A DNA stretch of 64,000 nt, from positions 7,845 through 71,844 of the IMG/VR virus record IMGVR_UViG_3300033121_000578; one strand, written 5' to 3'. The notes beneath the pieces were generated by a model, which was not told the DNA's origin, did no database searches, and saw only the letters and a program-made list of their open reading frames with translations. This DNA is from a virus. Positions 37,634-43,370 of the stretch are shown here, in pieces; the first letter of the stretch is position 1; the number at the start of each line of letters is the position of its first letter. The position numbers were made by a program, and so were the translations under genes.

Positions 37634-37664
37634 CCCCATCCCAAAAAGGTGGGGTTTTCTTTTT
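37634..37664 (+). terminator. rho-independent terminator
   Basis: CCCCATCC(caaaaa)GGTGGGG then TTTTCTTTTT. Confidence 0.55.
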
Positions 37665-37702
37665 CGAGTGGTAGTTCAGTTGGTAGAATGCGTGCTTTAG
37701 AA
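37665..37702 (+). pseudogene. tRNA 5' half (acceptor CGAGTGG, D-arm GTTC-AGTTGGTA-GAAT, 5' anticodon stem CGTGC, loop TTTAGAA)
   Basis: canonical tRNA 5' structure that stops inside the anticodon loop; the matching 3' half is at 38299-38323. Confidence 0.55.
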
Positions 37703-37721
37703 AAGTAGTTGAGAAAATAAA

Positions 37722-37752
37722 TTTGGAAATCCAAAACTTTTTTCTTAACTTT
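37722..37752 (+). promoter_or_regulatory. Bacteroidetes-type promoter for the HNH gene (-33 TTTG, -7 TAACTTTG)
   Basis: aaataaaTTTGgaaatccaaaacttttttcTAacTTTGtgatATG. Confidence 0.5.
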
Positions 37753-37757
37753 GTGAT

Positions 37758-38240
37758 ATGAAAACCTTAATACTATGTAGCCATTGCGGAAATTCTTTTG
37801 AAGCAGAAAACAAATATATTAATTATAGTAAGAAAAAAGGATGGAATTTATATTGCTCGGAGAATTGTAAATTTGCAGGAAAGAAAAAATCTGAGGTATG
37901 TAATTGTCATACCTGTGGAAAATCTGTGATTAAAACACCATCCTCTAAAAAGAGGTCAATAAGTGGAAAGGTTTTCTGCAGTAGAAAATGTTCTACAATA
38001 TTTACTAATTCTGAATATAAAACAGGAGAAAGGCATCCTAATTATAATAATGGATTATCTTCTTATAGACAAAGAAAATTAAGAAGTGGCAATAACAAGT
38101 GCGAAGATTGTGGAAACTCTGATATAAGAGTATTAGAGGTTCACCATAGAGATGAAAATAGAAAGAATAACTCTCTTGAAAATTTAGCAATTCTTTGTGC
38201 TAATTGTCACAGAATAAGACATTTCGAGAATGTGGTGTAA
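37758..38240 (+). CDS. HNH homing endonuclease with N-terminal CxxC zinc-finger repeats
   Basis: C-terminal EVHHRDENRKNNSLENLAILCANCHRIRH is an HNH motif; multiple CxxC pairs. Confidence 0.75.
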   Translation: MKTLILCSHCGNSFEAENKYINYSKKKGWNLYCSENCKFAGKKKSEVCNCHTCGKSVIKTPSSKKRSISGKVFCSRKCSTIFTNSEYKTGERHPNYNNGLSSYRQRKLRSGNNKCEDCGNSDIRVLEVHHRDENRKNNSLENLAILCANCHRIRHFENVV

Positions 38241-38294
38241 TGGTAGCACTCTAAGTTTGGGACTTAGGAGAGCCGTTCGAATCGGACATTTTCG
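38226..38294 (+). tRNA. tRNA-Pro(TGG)-like with defective T-arm (possible pseudogene)
   Basis: acceptor GAGAATG/CATTTTC (7 bp, one GU), D-arm GTGT-AATGGTA-GCAC, anticodon arm CTAAG-TTTGGGA-CTTAG; the T-arm is only CCG-TTCGAAT-CGG; overlaps the HNH ORF 3' end. Confidence 0.4.
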
Positions 38295-38298
38295 ACTG

Positions 38299-38323
38299 AG
38301 TGGTTCGAGTCCAGTCCACTCGA
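38299..38323 (+). pseudogene. tRNA 3' part (T-arm AGTGG-TTCGAGT-CCAGT plus acceptor CCACTCG, discriminator A) matching the 5' half at 37665
   Basis: acceptor strand is the exact reverse complement of CGAGTGG at 37665-37671; the T-arm resembles bacterial tRNA-Asn. Confidence 0.55.
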
Positions 38324-38328
38324 CACAA

Positions 38329-38402
38329 GCCTGAGTAGCTTTAACTGGTAGAGCAGCTGCCTTGTAAGCAGACGGTTGCAGGTTCGAGTCCTGTCTTAGG
38401 CT
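38329..38402 (+). tRNA. tRNA-Thr(TGT)
   Basis: hand-folded cloverleaf: acceptor GCCTGAG/CTTAGGC, anticodon loop CTTGTAA, T-arm GCAGG-TTCGAGT-CCTGT. Confidence 0.8.
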
Positions 38403-38407
38403 CATAT

Positions 38408-38434
38408 GTCACCTTGGCTGAGTGGTCAAAGGCA
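38408..38434 (+). pseudogene. tRNA 5' fragment of class-II (Ser-like) type
   Basis: GTCACCT-TG-GCTGAGTGGTCAAAGGC resembles a tRNA-Ser acceptor plus D-arm, then breaks off into the HNH promoter. Confidence 0.4.
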
Positions 38435-38441
38435 AAATAAA

Positions 38442-38473
38442 TTTGGCAATTTGAACCTTTTGTTGTATATTTG
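38442..38473 (+). promoter_or_regulatory. Bacteroidetes-type promoter for the second HNH gene (-33 TTTG, -7 TATATTTG)
   Basis: aaataaaTTTGgcaatttgaaccttttgttgTAtaTTTGtat. Confidence 0.55.
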
Positions 38474-38490
38474 TATTATAATACAAAATT

Positions 38491-39084
38491 ATGAACAAGG
38501 GTTTAAAAAGTAAAGTTATTGAGTTATATTCACAAGGAAAATCATATAATCAAATTTCAGAGGAATTAGGTTGTAGTAAAGGAACAATATCTTTTCATGT
38601 TTCTTCTATGGCAGAAGAAAAGATACACAAGGTTCGAAGAGAAAAGAAAAAACAAATAGAAACCATAATTAATGAAGTTAAAGAGTCTAAAGGTTTAACT
38701 TTAAAAGACTTTGAAGACATCTACAGAATGACTCTTCCTTTAAAAGACTTCTTAAAACTGAGAAATGAGTTATTTGAGAAAAAATATATTACCAAGGAAC
38801 TAAGTGTTGCAGATTATCATAAAAATAGAAGAAGACAAATAAAAAAAGAATTGGTTGACATTAAAGGTGGAAAATGTCAAGTGTGTGGATATAATAAATG
38901 TCTTAGGTCATTAGAGTTTCATCATCTAGACCCTTTACAAAAAGATTTTACAATATCTGGAAATCTCAAAAGAATTAAGAGAGAAAAAGTAATAAAAGAG
39001 CTAGAAAAATGCATATTAGTATGTTCTAACTGTCATGGAGAAATACATGATGGATTAATAAGAGTAGATACCAGAGAGGATTAA
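38491..39084 (+). CDS. HNH homing endonuclease with N-terminal HTH
   Basis: CQVCGYNKCLRSLEFHHLDPLQKDFTISGNLKRI...CSNCHGEIH is an HNH motif; N-terminal YSQGKSYNQISEELGCSKGTISFHV is HTH-like. Confidence 0.75.
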   Translation: MNKGLKSKVIELYSQGKSYNQISEELGCSKGTISFHVSSMAEEKIHKVRREKKKQIETIINEVKESKGLTLKDFEDIYRMTLPLKDFLKLRNELFEKKYITKELSVADYHKNRRRQIKKELVDIKGGKCQVCGYNKCLRSLEFHHLDPLQKDFTISGNLKRIKREKVIKELEKCILVCSNCHGEIHDGLIRVDTRED

Positions 39085-39137
39085 TGGCTCAGACTGCAAA
39101 TCTGTTGATTTCGGGAGTTCGAATCTCCCTCTACTCT
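39062..39137 (+). tRNA. tRNA-Cys(GCA)
   Basis: acceptor GAGTAGA/TCTACTC perfect, anticodon loop CTGCAAA, T-arm GGGAG-TTCGAAT-CTCCC; atypical D-arm; the 5' 23 nt overlap the HNH ORF end. Confidence 0.6.
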
Positions 39138-39143
39138 CATAAT

Positions 39144-39216
39144 GGTAAGTTAGCAAAGATGGTCTATGCGGAGGACTGAAAATCCTTAGATAGTGGTTCG
39201 ATACCACTACTTACCA
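39144..39216 (+). tRNA. tRNA-Phe(GAA)
   Basis: acceptor GGTAAGT/ACTTACC, anticodon loop CTGAAAA, T-arm AGTGG-TTCGATA-CCACT. Confidence 0.8.
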
Positions 39217-39222
39217 CAACAT

Positions 39223-39295
39223 ACGGGTGCTCAAGGCTGGCGTGATAAACCGTCTCCAAAACGGTGACTTGGGGAATCGTTCTCTCCCACCCGTG
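39223..39295 (+). tRNA. tRNA-Trp(CCA)
   Basis: acceptor ACGGGTG/CACCCGT, anticodon arm ACCGT-CTCCAAA-ACGGT; weak D-stem and unusual T-loop ATCGTTC. Confidence 0.6.
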
Positions 39296-39300
39296 CATAT

Positions 39301-39372
39301 TTCCAAGTAGGATAATGGTATTCCGTCAGATTTTGGCTCTGAAAATTCTAGGTTCGACCCCTAGCTTGGAAA
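39301..39372 (+). tRNA. tRNA-Gln(TTG)
   Basis: acceptor TTCCAAG/CTTGGAA, anticodon arm TCAGA-TTTTGGC-TCTGA, T-arm CTAGG-TTCGACC-CCTAG. Confidence 0.8.
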
Positions 39373-39374
39373 CT

Positions 39375-39449
39375 GGTGTCTATAGCTTAACTGGATAGAG
39401 CCCCTGATTGTGGCTCAGGGTTGTGCCGATTCGAATTCGGTTAGACACC
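39375..39449 (+). tRNA. tRNA-His(GTG) with G-1:C73
   Basis: 8-bp acceptor GGTGTCTA/TAGACACC including the His-specific G-1; anticodon loop TTGTGGC. Confidence 0.85.
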
Positions 39450-39453
39450 CACT

Positions 39454-39527
39454 GCTCCCATAGCTTAACTGGATAAAGCACATGGCTACGGACCATGAGA
39501 CTGAGGGCTCGAATCCTTCTGGGAGTA
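39454..39527 (+). tRNA. tRNA-Arg(ACG)
   Basis: D-arm GCTT-AACTGGATA-AAGC, anticodon arm CATGG-CTACGGA-CCATG, T-arm GAGGG-CTCGAAT-CCTTC. Confidence 0.8.
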
Positions 39528-39562
39528 CATTAACAATTCATTAGGATATATATGTCGTATAT

Positions 39563-39835
39563 TTGTGTATGCAATTCAATCCAAACTCAAACGAATATCT
39601 TAGTAAATTTGAACCTAAGACATGGGATGAAATAAAAGAACAACCATCTCATGATAATATATGGGTGAAAGACCCAGAAAAGCTTCTTAAGCTTGAGAAT
39701 ATGACGGGAATATGGTCTCAACTTCAAGAGCCGTCTAGGCAGATAACCCTAATGACAGGTAGGGGTGGAATGGAGCTCTTTCAGAAAGCAATGAAAGAAA
39801 TGTTTGAAAAAGAGCAAGAAAAATTTGGAAATTAG
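39563..39835 (+). CDS. hypothetical protein (90 aa)
   Basis: ORF between tRNA clusters. Confidence 0.45.
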   Translation: MCMQFNPNSNEYLSKFEPKTWDEIKEQPSHDNIWVKDPEKLLKLENMTGIWSQLQEPSRQITLMTGRGGMELFQKAMKEMFEKEQEKFGN

Positions 39836-39855
39836 AAAATTAGTTCGTATATTTG
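39823..39855 (+). promoter_or_regulatory. Bacteroidetes-type promoter (-33 TTTG, -7 TATATTTG) with no ORF downstream
   Basis: aaaaaTTTGgaaattagaaaattagttcgTAtaTTTGtattcg. Confidence 0.5.
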
Positions 39856-39861
39856 TATTCG

Positions 39862-40036
39862 TAAAAACATTAAACAGCAGATGTACTTATTTTATATGAT
39901 AGCGGATAATGGAGATGTGAGAGGCATTGAGAAAAATGGCTCCGGGTTTCCTATGTCTGTTGTCTAAGTAGAAACAAATACCAACTGATTAGAAGCCTGG
40001 AGCCTAGCCACAAGCTACTCCGGGTTTTTTCGTTTT
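39862..40036 (+). ncRNA. candidate ~170-nt noncoding transcript (promoter to terminator, no significant ORF)
   Basis: bounded by the promoter at 39823-39855 and the hairpin CCTGGAG(N16)CTCCGGG plus TTTTTT at 39996-40036; contains direct repeat CTCCGGGTTT at 39940 and 40017. Confidence 0.35.
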
Positions 40037-40037
40037 A

Positions 40038-40111
40038 GCCCTTGTAGCTTGAAGGCCAAGCAATAGACTTTTAATCTATGGTTCTCAGTTCGATTCTGAG
40101 CAGGGGTACCA
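40038..40111 (+). tRNA. tRNA-Lys(TTT), CCA encoded
   Basis: anticodon arm ATAGA-CTTTTAA-TCTAT, T-arm CTCAG-TTCGATT-CTGAG, acceptor GCCCTTG/CAGGGGT then ACCA. Confidence 0.8.
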
Positions 40112-40115
40112 AAAT

Positions 40116-40145
40116 GCTTTTGTAGCTCATGTGGAAGCAGCTATC
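40116..40145 (+). pseudogene. tRNA 5'-half-like fragment (acceptor plus D-arm GCTC-ATGTGGAA-GC)
   Basis: GCTTTTG-TA-GCTCATGTGGAAGCAGC; no T-arm; overlaps the start of tRNA-Lys(CTT). Confidence 0.3.
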
Positions 40146-40220
40146 CCAGTCTTAGCAAAATTTGGTGTTGCTCCTGACTCTTAATCAGGTAAAAAGTGAG
40201 TTCGATTCTCACAGGCTGGA
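40146..40220 (+). tRNA. tRNA-Lys(CTT)
   Basis: D-arm GCAA-AATTTGGTG-TTGC, anticodon arm CCTGA-CTCTTAA-TCAGG, T-arm GTGAG-TTCGATT-CTCAC. Confidence 0.8.
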
Positions 40221-40235
40221 CATAATAAATTATAT

Positions 40236-40308
40236 TGAGGGATGCAGCAGTGGTAGCTGGCAGGTCTCATAAGCCTCGCAGTCGTGGGTTCGAGTCCCAC
40301 TCCCTCAA
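40236..40308 (+). tRNA. tRNA-Met(CAT), elongator or Ile2-type
   Basis: acceptor TGAGGGA/TCCCTCA, D-arm CAGC-AGTGGTA-GCTG, anticodon loop CTCATAA, T-arm GTGGG-TTCGAGT-CCCAC. Confidence 0.7.
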
Positions 40309-40313
40309 CAAAA

Positions 40314-40345
40314 TTTGGTCATTATTTATAATCTCCATACATTTG
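40314..40345 (+). promoter_or_regulatory. Bacteroidetes-type promoter (-33 TTTG, -7 TACATTTG) giving a near-leaderless start at 40349
   Basis: aaaaTTTGgtcattatttataatctccaTAcaTTTGtatATG. Confidence 0.5.
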
Positions 40346-40348
40346 TAT

Positions 40349-40813
40349 ATGGAAAGATATTTTCGGACAGAGGATGGTAAGATGGTAAATGTCATAGAAC
40401 ACACTTTGGAACAAATAGAAAAGTGGCCAAATCTTAAAATCTATATAGCAACTGATAGTCAGGATTCAGGAAAAGAATCAAAGTATGCTACAGTAGTTGT
40501 ATATAGATATGGAACAAGAGGGGCACACTATATTTACTTCAAGGATGCAGTTCCAAGAAGAGATATGTTTACTCGTCTTTATGATGAAGCTGTTCGTACA
40601 ATAGAGACTGCTCAAATGATTGATAGTGAGATACCTGTATCATTTGCAGCTCTTGAGTTTGACTATAATACTTTACCTAAGTGGGCAAGTAATAAGCTTG
40701 TATCATCAATAAGAGGATGGGTAAAGGGATTAAATTATAACTTTGTATTTAAGAATACAGGAAATGACATCATGATAGCTGCAAAGGCAGCAGACCATGT
40801 ATGTAGAAGGTAA
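40349..40813 (+). CDS. hypothetical protein, possibly RNase H-like fold nuclease (154 aa)
   Basis: start at ATG 40349 (the listed ORF's N-terminus is translated tRNA); KIYIATDSQDS and IMIAAKAADH are loosely RuvC/RNase H-like. Confidence 0.45.
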   Translation: MERYFRTEDGKMVNVIEHTLEQIEKWPNLKIYIATDSQDSGKESKYATVVVYRYGTRGAHYIYFKDAVPRRDMFTRLYDEAVRTIETAQMIDSEIPVSFAALEFDYNTLPKWASNKLVSSIRGWVKGLNYNFVFKNTGNDIMIAAKAADHVCRR

Positions 40814-40885
40814 GCAGTAGTAGTGCTAATGGTAACACGCCAGCCTTCCACGCTGGATTTGAGAGTTCGAGTCTCTTCTACTGCT
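40814..40885 (+). tRNA. tRNA-Gly(TCC)
   Basis: acceptor GCAGTAG/CTACTGC, anticodon arm CCAGC-CTTCCAC-GCTGG, T-arm GAGAG-TTCGAGT-CTCTT. Confidence 0.8.
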
Positions 40886-41003
40886 CATAAGCCCGAAGTA
40901 CAAGGGAACGAAGATAGAGTAACTCCTCTGGAAACATGAAACTCTCTAAATCGTAGGTTAGCACAGTTTGAAGGTCTGGGGATATTGTTTAAAACCTTCA
41001 ATT

Positions 41004-41076
41004 GCAGCAATAGCTCAATTGGTAGAGCGTGACCTTGCCAAGGTTAAGGTTGCAGGTTCGAGACCTGTTTGCTGCT
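41004..41076 (+). tRNA. tRNA-Gly(GCC)
   Basis: acceptor GCAGCAA/TTGCTGC, D-arm GCTC-AATTGGTA-GAGC, anticodon loop TTGCCAA. Confidence 0.8.
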
Positions 41077-41081
41077 CATAT

Positions 41082-41155
41082 GCTCCTGTGGACAAGTTGG
41101 TTAAGTCACTTGCCTTTCACGCAAGTCATCGTGGGTTCGAGCCCCATCAGGAGTA
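41082..41155 (+). tRNA. tRNA-Glu(TTC)
   Basis: anticodon arm CTTGC-CTTTCAC-GCAAG, T-arm GTGGG-TTCGAGC-CCCAT. Confidence 0.8.
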
Positions 41156-41160
41156 CATAA

Positions 41161-41235
41161 GGAACCATGGTCGAATTGGTTACGATTCCACCCTGTCACG
41201 GTGCGAGATTGCGGGTTCGAGTCCCGTTGGTTCCG
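41161..41235 (+). tRNA. tRNA-Asp(GTC)
   Basis: acceptor GGAACCA/TGGTTCC, anticodon loop CTGTCAC, T-arm GCGGG-TTCGAGT-CCCGT. Confidence 0.75.
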
Positions 41236-41290
41236 CTAGGAGAGCACGTTTTGTACGTCTGAGGCTGAAAGAAGCAATCCCTCTCCATCC

Positions 41291-41362
41291 ACTCTTATAG
41301 CTCAATGGTAGAGCACATGCCTTATACGCATTAGGTTTCCAGTTCGAATCTGGATGAGAGTA
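41291..41362 (+). tRNA. tRNA-Ile(TAT)
   Basis: D-arm GCTC-AATGGTA-GAGC, anticodon loop CTTATAC (U33, TAT, A37), T-arm TCCAG-TTCGAAT-CTGGA, acceptor ACTCTTA/TGAGAGT. Confidence 0.7.
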
Positions 41363-41424
41363 CAGGAGATAACCTCTGGTATACAAGTGGCCACCCTGTG
41401 TCTATGGGTCAAGTTATCTCAATT

Positions 41425-41497
41425 GCTCATATAACTCAATTGGTAGAGTACTACTCCGATACGGTAGAAGTTATAGGTTCGAGACCTATTATGAGCA
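41425..41497 (+). tRNA. tRNA-Ile(GAT)
   Basis: acceptor GCTCATA/TATGAGC perfect, D-arm ACTC-AATTGGTA-GAGT, anticodon loop CCGATAC (C33 atypical), T-arm ATAGG-TTCGAGA-CCTAT. Confidence 0.6.
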
Positions 41498-41498
41498 C

Positions 41499-41969
41499 AT
41501 GAAACCATTTAAAGAAGCATTAGAAGAGGCAACAATCTATGAAGATTTGATTGCAAACTGGTTAGAATCCAGAGGAAATAAGATACTTTTTCGTTCAAAA
41601 GAGAAGGAGTTTGACATACAATATCTAACAGTAGATGGTAAAACAAAAACTATTGAAGTAAAATATGACAAGCTATCTTCTGAAACAGGTAATGTAGCAA
41701 TTGAATTTAAAAGAAAAAACAAGAAATCTGAGGAATTTGAAGCAACTGGAATATCAGTTACAACTGCAAATTATTGGGTACACATAGTAGATAAATTTGA
41801 TGTCTATATTATAGATAGAGAGATACTACTAATGCAGATTCAAAGTAATGGATACCCACAGGTATTTGGTGGAGATGATATGAGAACTAAAATGCATCTT
41901 ATAGATAAACAGGAATTTGCAGAAATGTGCAAAGTATATAAGAATGCTTTATACGGGGGATTAGTATAG
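41499..41969 (+). CDS. hypothetical protein (156 aa)
   Basis: ORF starting 2 nt after tRNA-Ile; its 3' end overlaps tRNA-Ala. Confidence 0.5.
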   Translation: MKPFKEALEEATIYEDLIANWLESRGNKILFRSKEKEFDIQYLTVDGKTKTIEVKYDKLSSETGNVAIEFKRKNKKSEEFEATGISVTTANYWVHIVDKFDVYIIDREILLMQIQSNGYPQVFGGDDMRTKMHLIDKQEFAEMCKVYKNALYGGLV

Positions 41970-42027
41970 ATGGCAAAAATACCTGATTTGCATTCAGGAG
42001 TCACCAGTTCGATGCTGGTATCCTCCA
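41955..42027 (+). tRNA. tRNA-Ala(TGC) with G3:U70
   Basis: acceptor GGGGGAT/ATCCTCC carrying the Ala identity G3:U70 wobble; anticodon arm CCTGA-TTTGCAT-TCAGG, T-arm ACCAG-TTCGATG-CTGGT. Confidence 0.8.
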
Positions 42028-42083
42028 CATTTATTTGGTAATATGGAAATTTTGTAGTATATTGTACTATAAATAATACTACC

Positions 42084-42302
42084 ATGTTACAAGAAAAAGA
42101 TTTATATTGGCTTGCTGGTCTATTAGAAGGTGAAGGTTATTTCCAACCAAAGAGGAAATCAAGTCCTGTAATTGCACTTGAGATTACTGATGAAGATATA
42201 ATACAAAGAGTTTGCAAACTTATAGGTACAACTTATTGTAAACCAAAGATTAGGAAACAAACTCATAGACAATCCTTTAAAACTACTTTAAATTGTATTT
42301 AA
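42084..42302 (+). pseudogene. truncated LAGLIDADG homing endonuclease (72-aa N-terminal fragment)
   Basis: LYWLAGLLEGEGYF motif, but the ORF is too short for a functional single-motif enzyme. Confidence 0.5.
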
Positions 42303-42320
42303 TCCTTAATTAATAGTAAT

Positions 42321-43235
42321 ATGACACAAGAACAAATAGAAAAGGAATTTAAAAAAATTAAAAGATTAATTTGTTGCTCTGCTGCTACACCACTTAGATT
42401 TGGAGTATTAGGAGAAGATGATACTGGAATTGAAGCTAGAGCTTTTACTACTAACGATGATTTTCAGCTTTTACTTGATGGCGTAGATGGTACAAAAAAT
42501 ATTTTTTTAAGAAATAGTTATGGTGTAGGTAGTCAATTTTCTGAAGTATCGTTACAATCATCTTCATTTATAGCAAGAGGGCAAGAATCAGTAACAGGAA
42601 CAGGTCAGTTTAGTTTATCAAATTTGACTATGAGTATGAGTTCTGATAATCAAGCTTTTTATCAAGCTGAAAATGGTTATTTAATGTTGCAATTAGGTTG
42701 GCAAGATAAGCTTTTTCAAATTGGCGATGTTGATGCAAACTATAATGGAACAAAAATAACAATTGATGATGCTAATTCAATAGTAGCTGTAACTAATATT
42801 CCTTTAGAAATTCCATCATCAGATGCAGATAGGCTTTTATTTCAAAGTGATGGTGACACACAAATAAAAGCTACTACAATTTCTGATTTATTAGGATATA
42901 AAGTATATACAGCATTATTAACACAAAGAGGAACTGCTGCACCAACAGCAGTGATATTAAAAAATACACTAGGTGGTATTCCTACATGGACAAGAGAAGG
43001 ACTTGGAAAATATAGAGCAACACTAGCAAATACATTTAATGTAAGTAAAACAGCAGTGCTAATAACAGCATCAACAGAGAATTTACAGACTGATGAAGTG
43101 GCCATAGGAGTTGCGAGATTTGACAATGGTACAAATGACGACTATATAGAAATAGTCACAGGAGAACCGTCATTCTGGGGACAAGTGGATAATGCATTAT
43201 CAAAAACGACAATAGAAATAAGAGTATATAATTAA
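42321..43235 (+). CDS. hypothetical protein, possibly fibre/receptor-binding-like (304 aa)
   Basis: long ORF; terminator GGAGC(cttgt)GCTCC plus TTTTATTTTT at 43316-43342. Confidence 0.55.
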   Translation: MTQEQIEKEFKKIKRLICCSAATPLRFGVLGEDDTGIEARAFTTNDDFQLLLDGVDGTKNIFLRNSYGVGSQFSEVSLQSSSFIARGQESVTGTGQFSLSNLTMSMSSDNQAFYQAENGYLMLQLGWQDKLFQIGDVDANYNGTKITIDDANSIVAVTNIPLEIPSSDADRLLFQSDGDTQIKATTISDLLGYKVYTALLTQRGTAAPTAVILKNTLGGIPTWTREGLGKYRATLANTFNVSKTAVLITASTENLQTDEVAIGVARFDNGTNDDYIEIVTGEPSFWGQVDNALSKTTIEIRVYN

Positions 43236-43370
43236 AAATTAAAATAAAATCAAAATGAAAAAAGAAAGTTGGCGATTCCGACCTCCCCAACACATACTGT
43301 TGATTTTCAATTATTAGGAGCCTTGTGCTCCTTTTATTTTTCGCTGTTAACATAGTTTTAACTTTAATAA

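Noticed and set aside
37700-38300. Functional group I intron in the split tRNA
   Set aside because: I could not find the P7/R-S core elements, and the 3' anticodon-stem strand is missing, so I report it as a disrupted tRNA, with intron status left as a test
38184-38405. 73-aa minus-strand ORF (MSLRQDSNLQPSAYKAAALPV...)
   Set aside because: It is the reverse translation of tRNA-Thr and tRNA fragments
39936-40030. tmRNA or extra tRNA in the promoter-terminator unit
   Set aside because: No T-loop (GTTCGA) or tRNA-like acceptor pairing could be found
40235-40348. N-terminal 38 codons of listed ORF 40235-40813
   Set aside because: This part is translated tRNA-Met sequence; the real start is the ATG at 40349 behind its own promoter
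40968-41386. ORFs 40968-41300 (+) and 41180-41386 (-)
   Set aside because: They read through tRNA-Gly/Glu/Asp/Ile genes; artefacts of tRNA sequence
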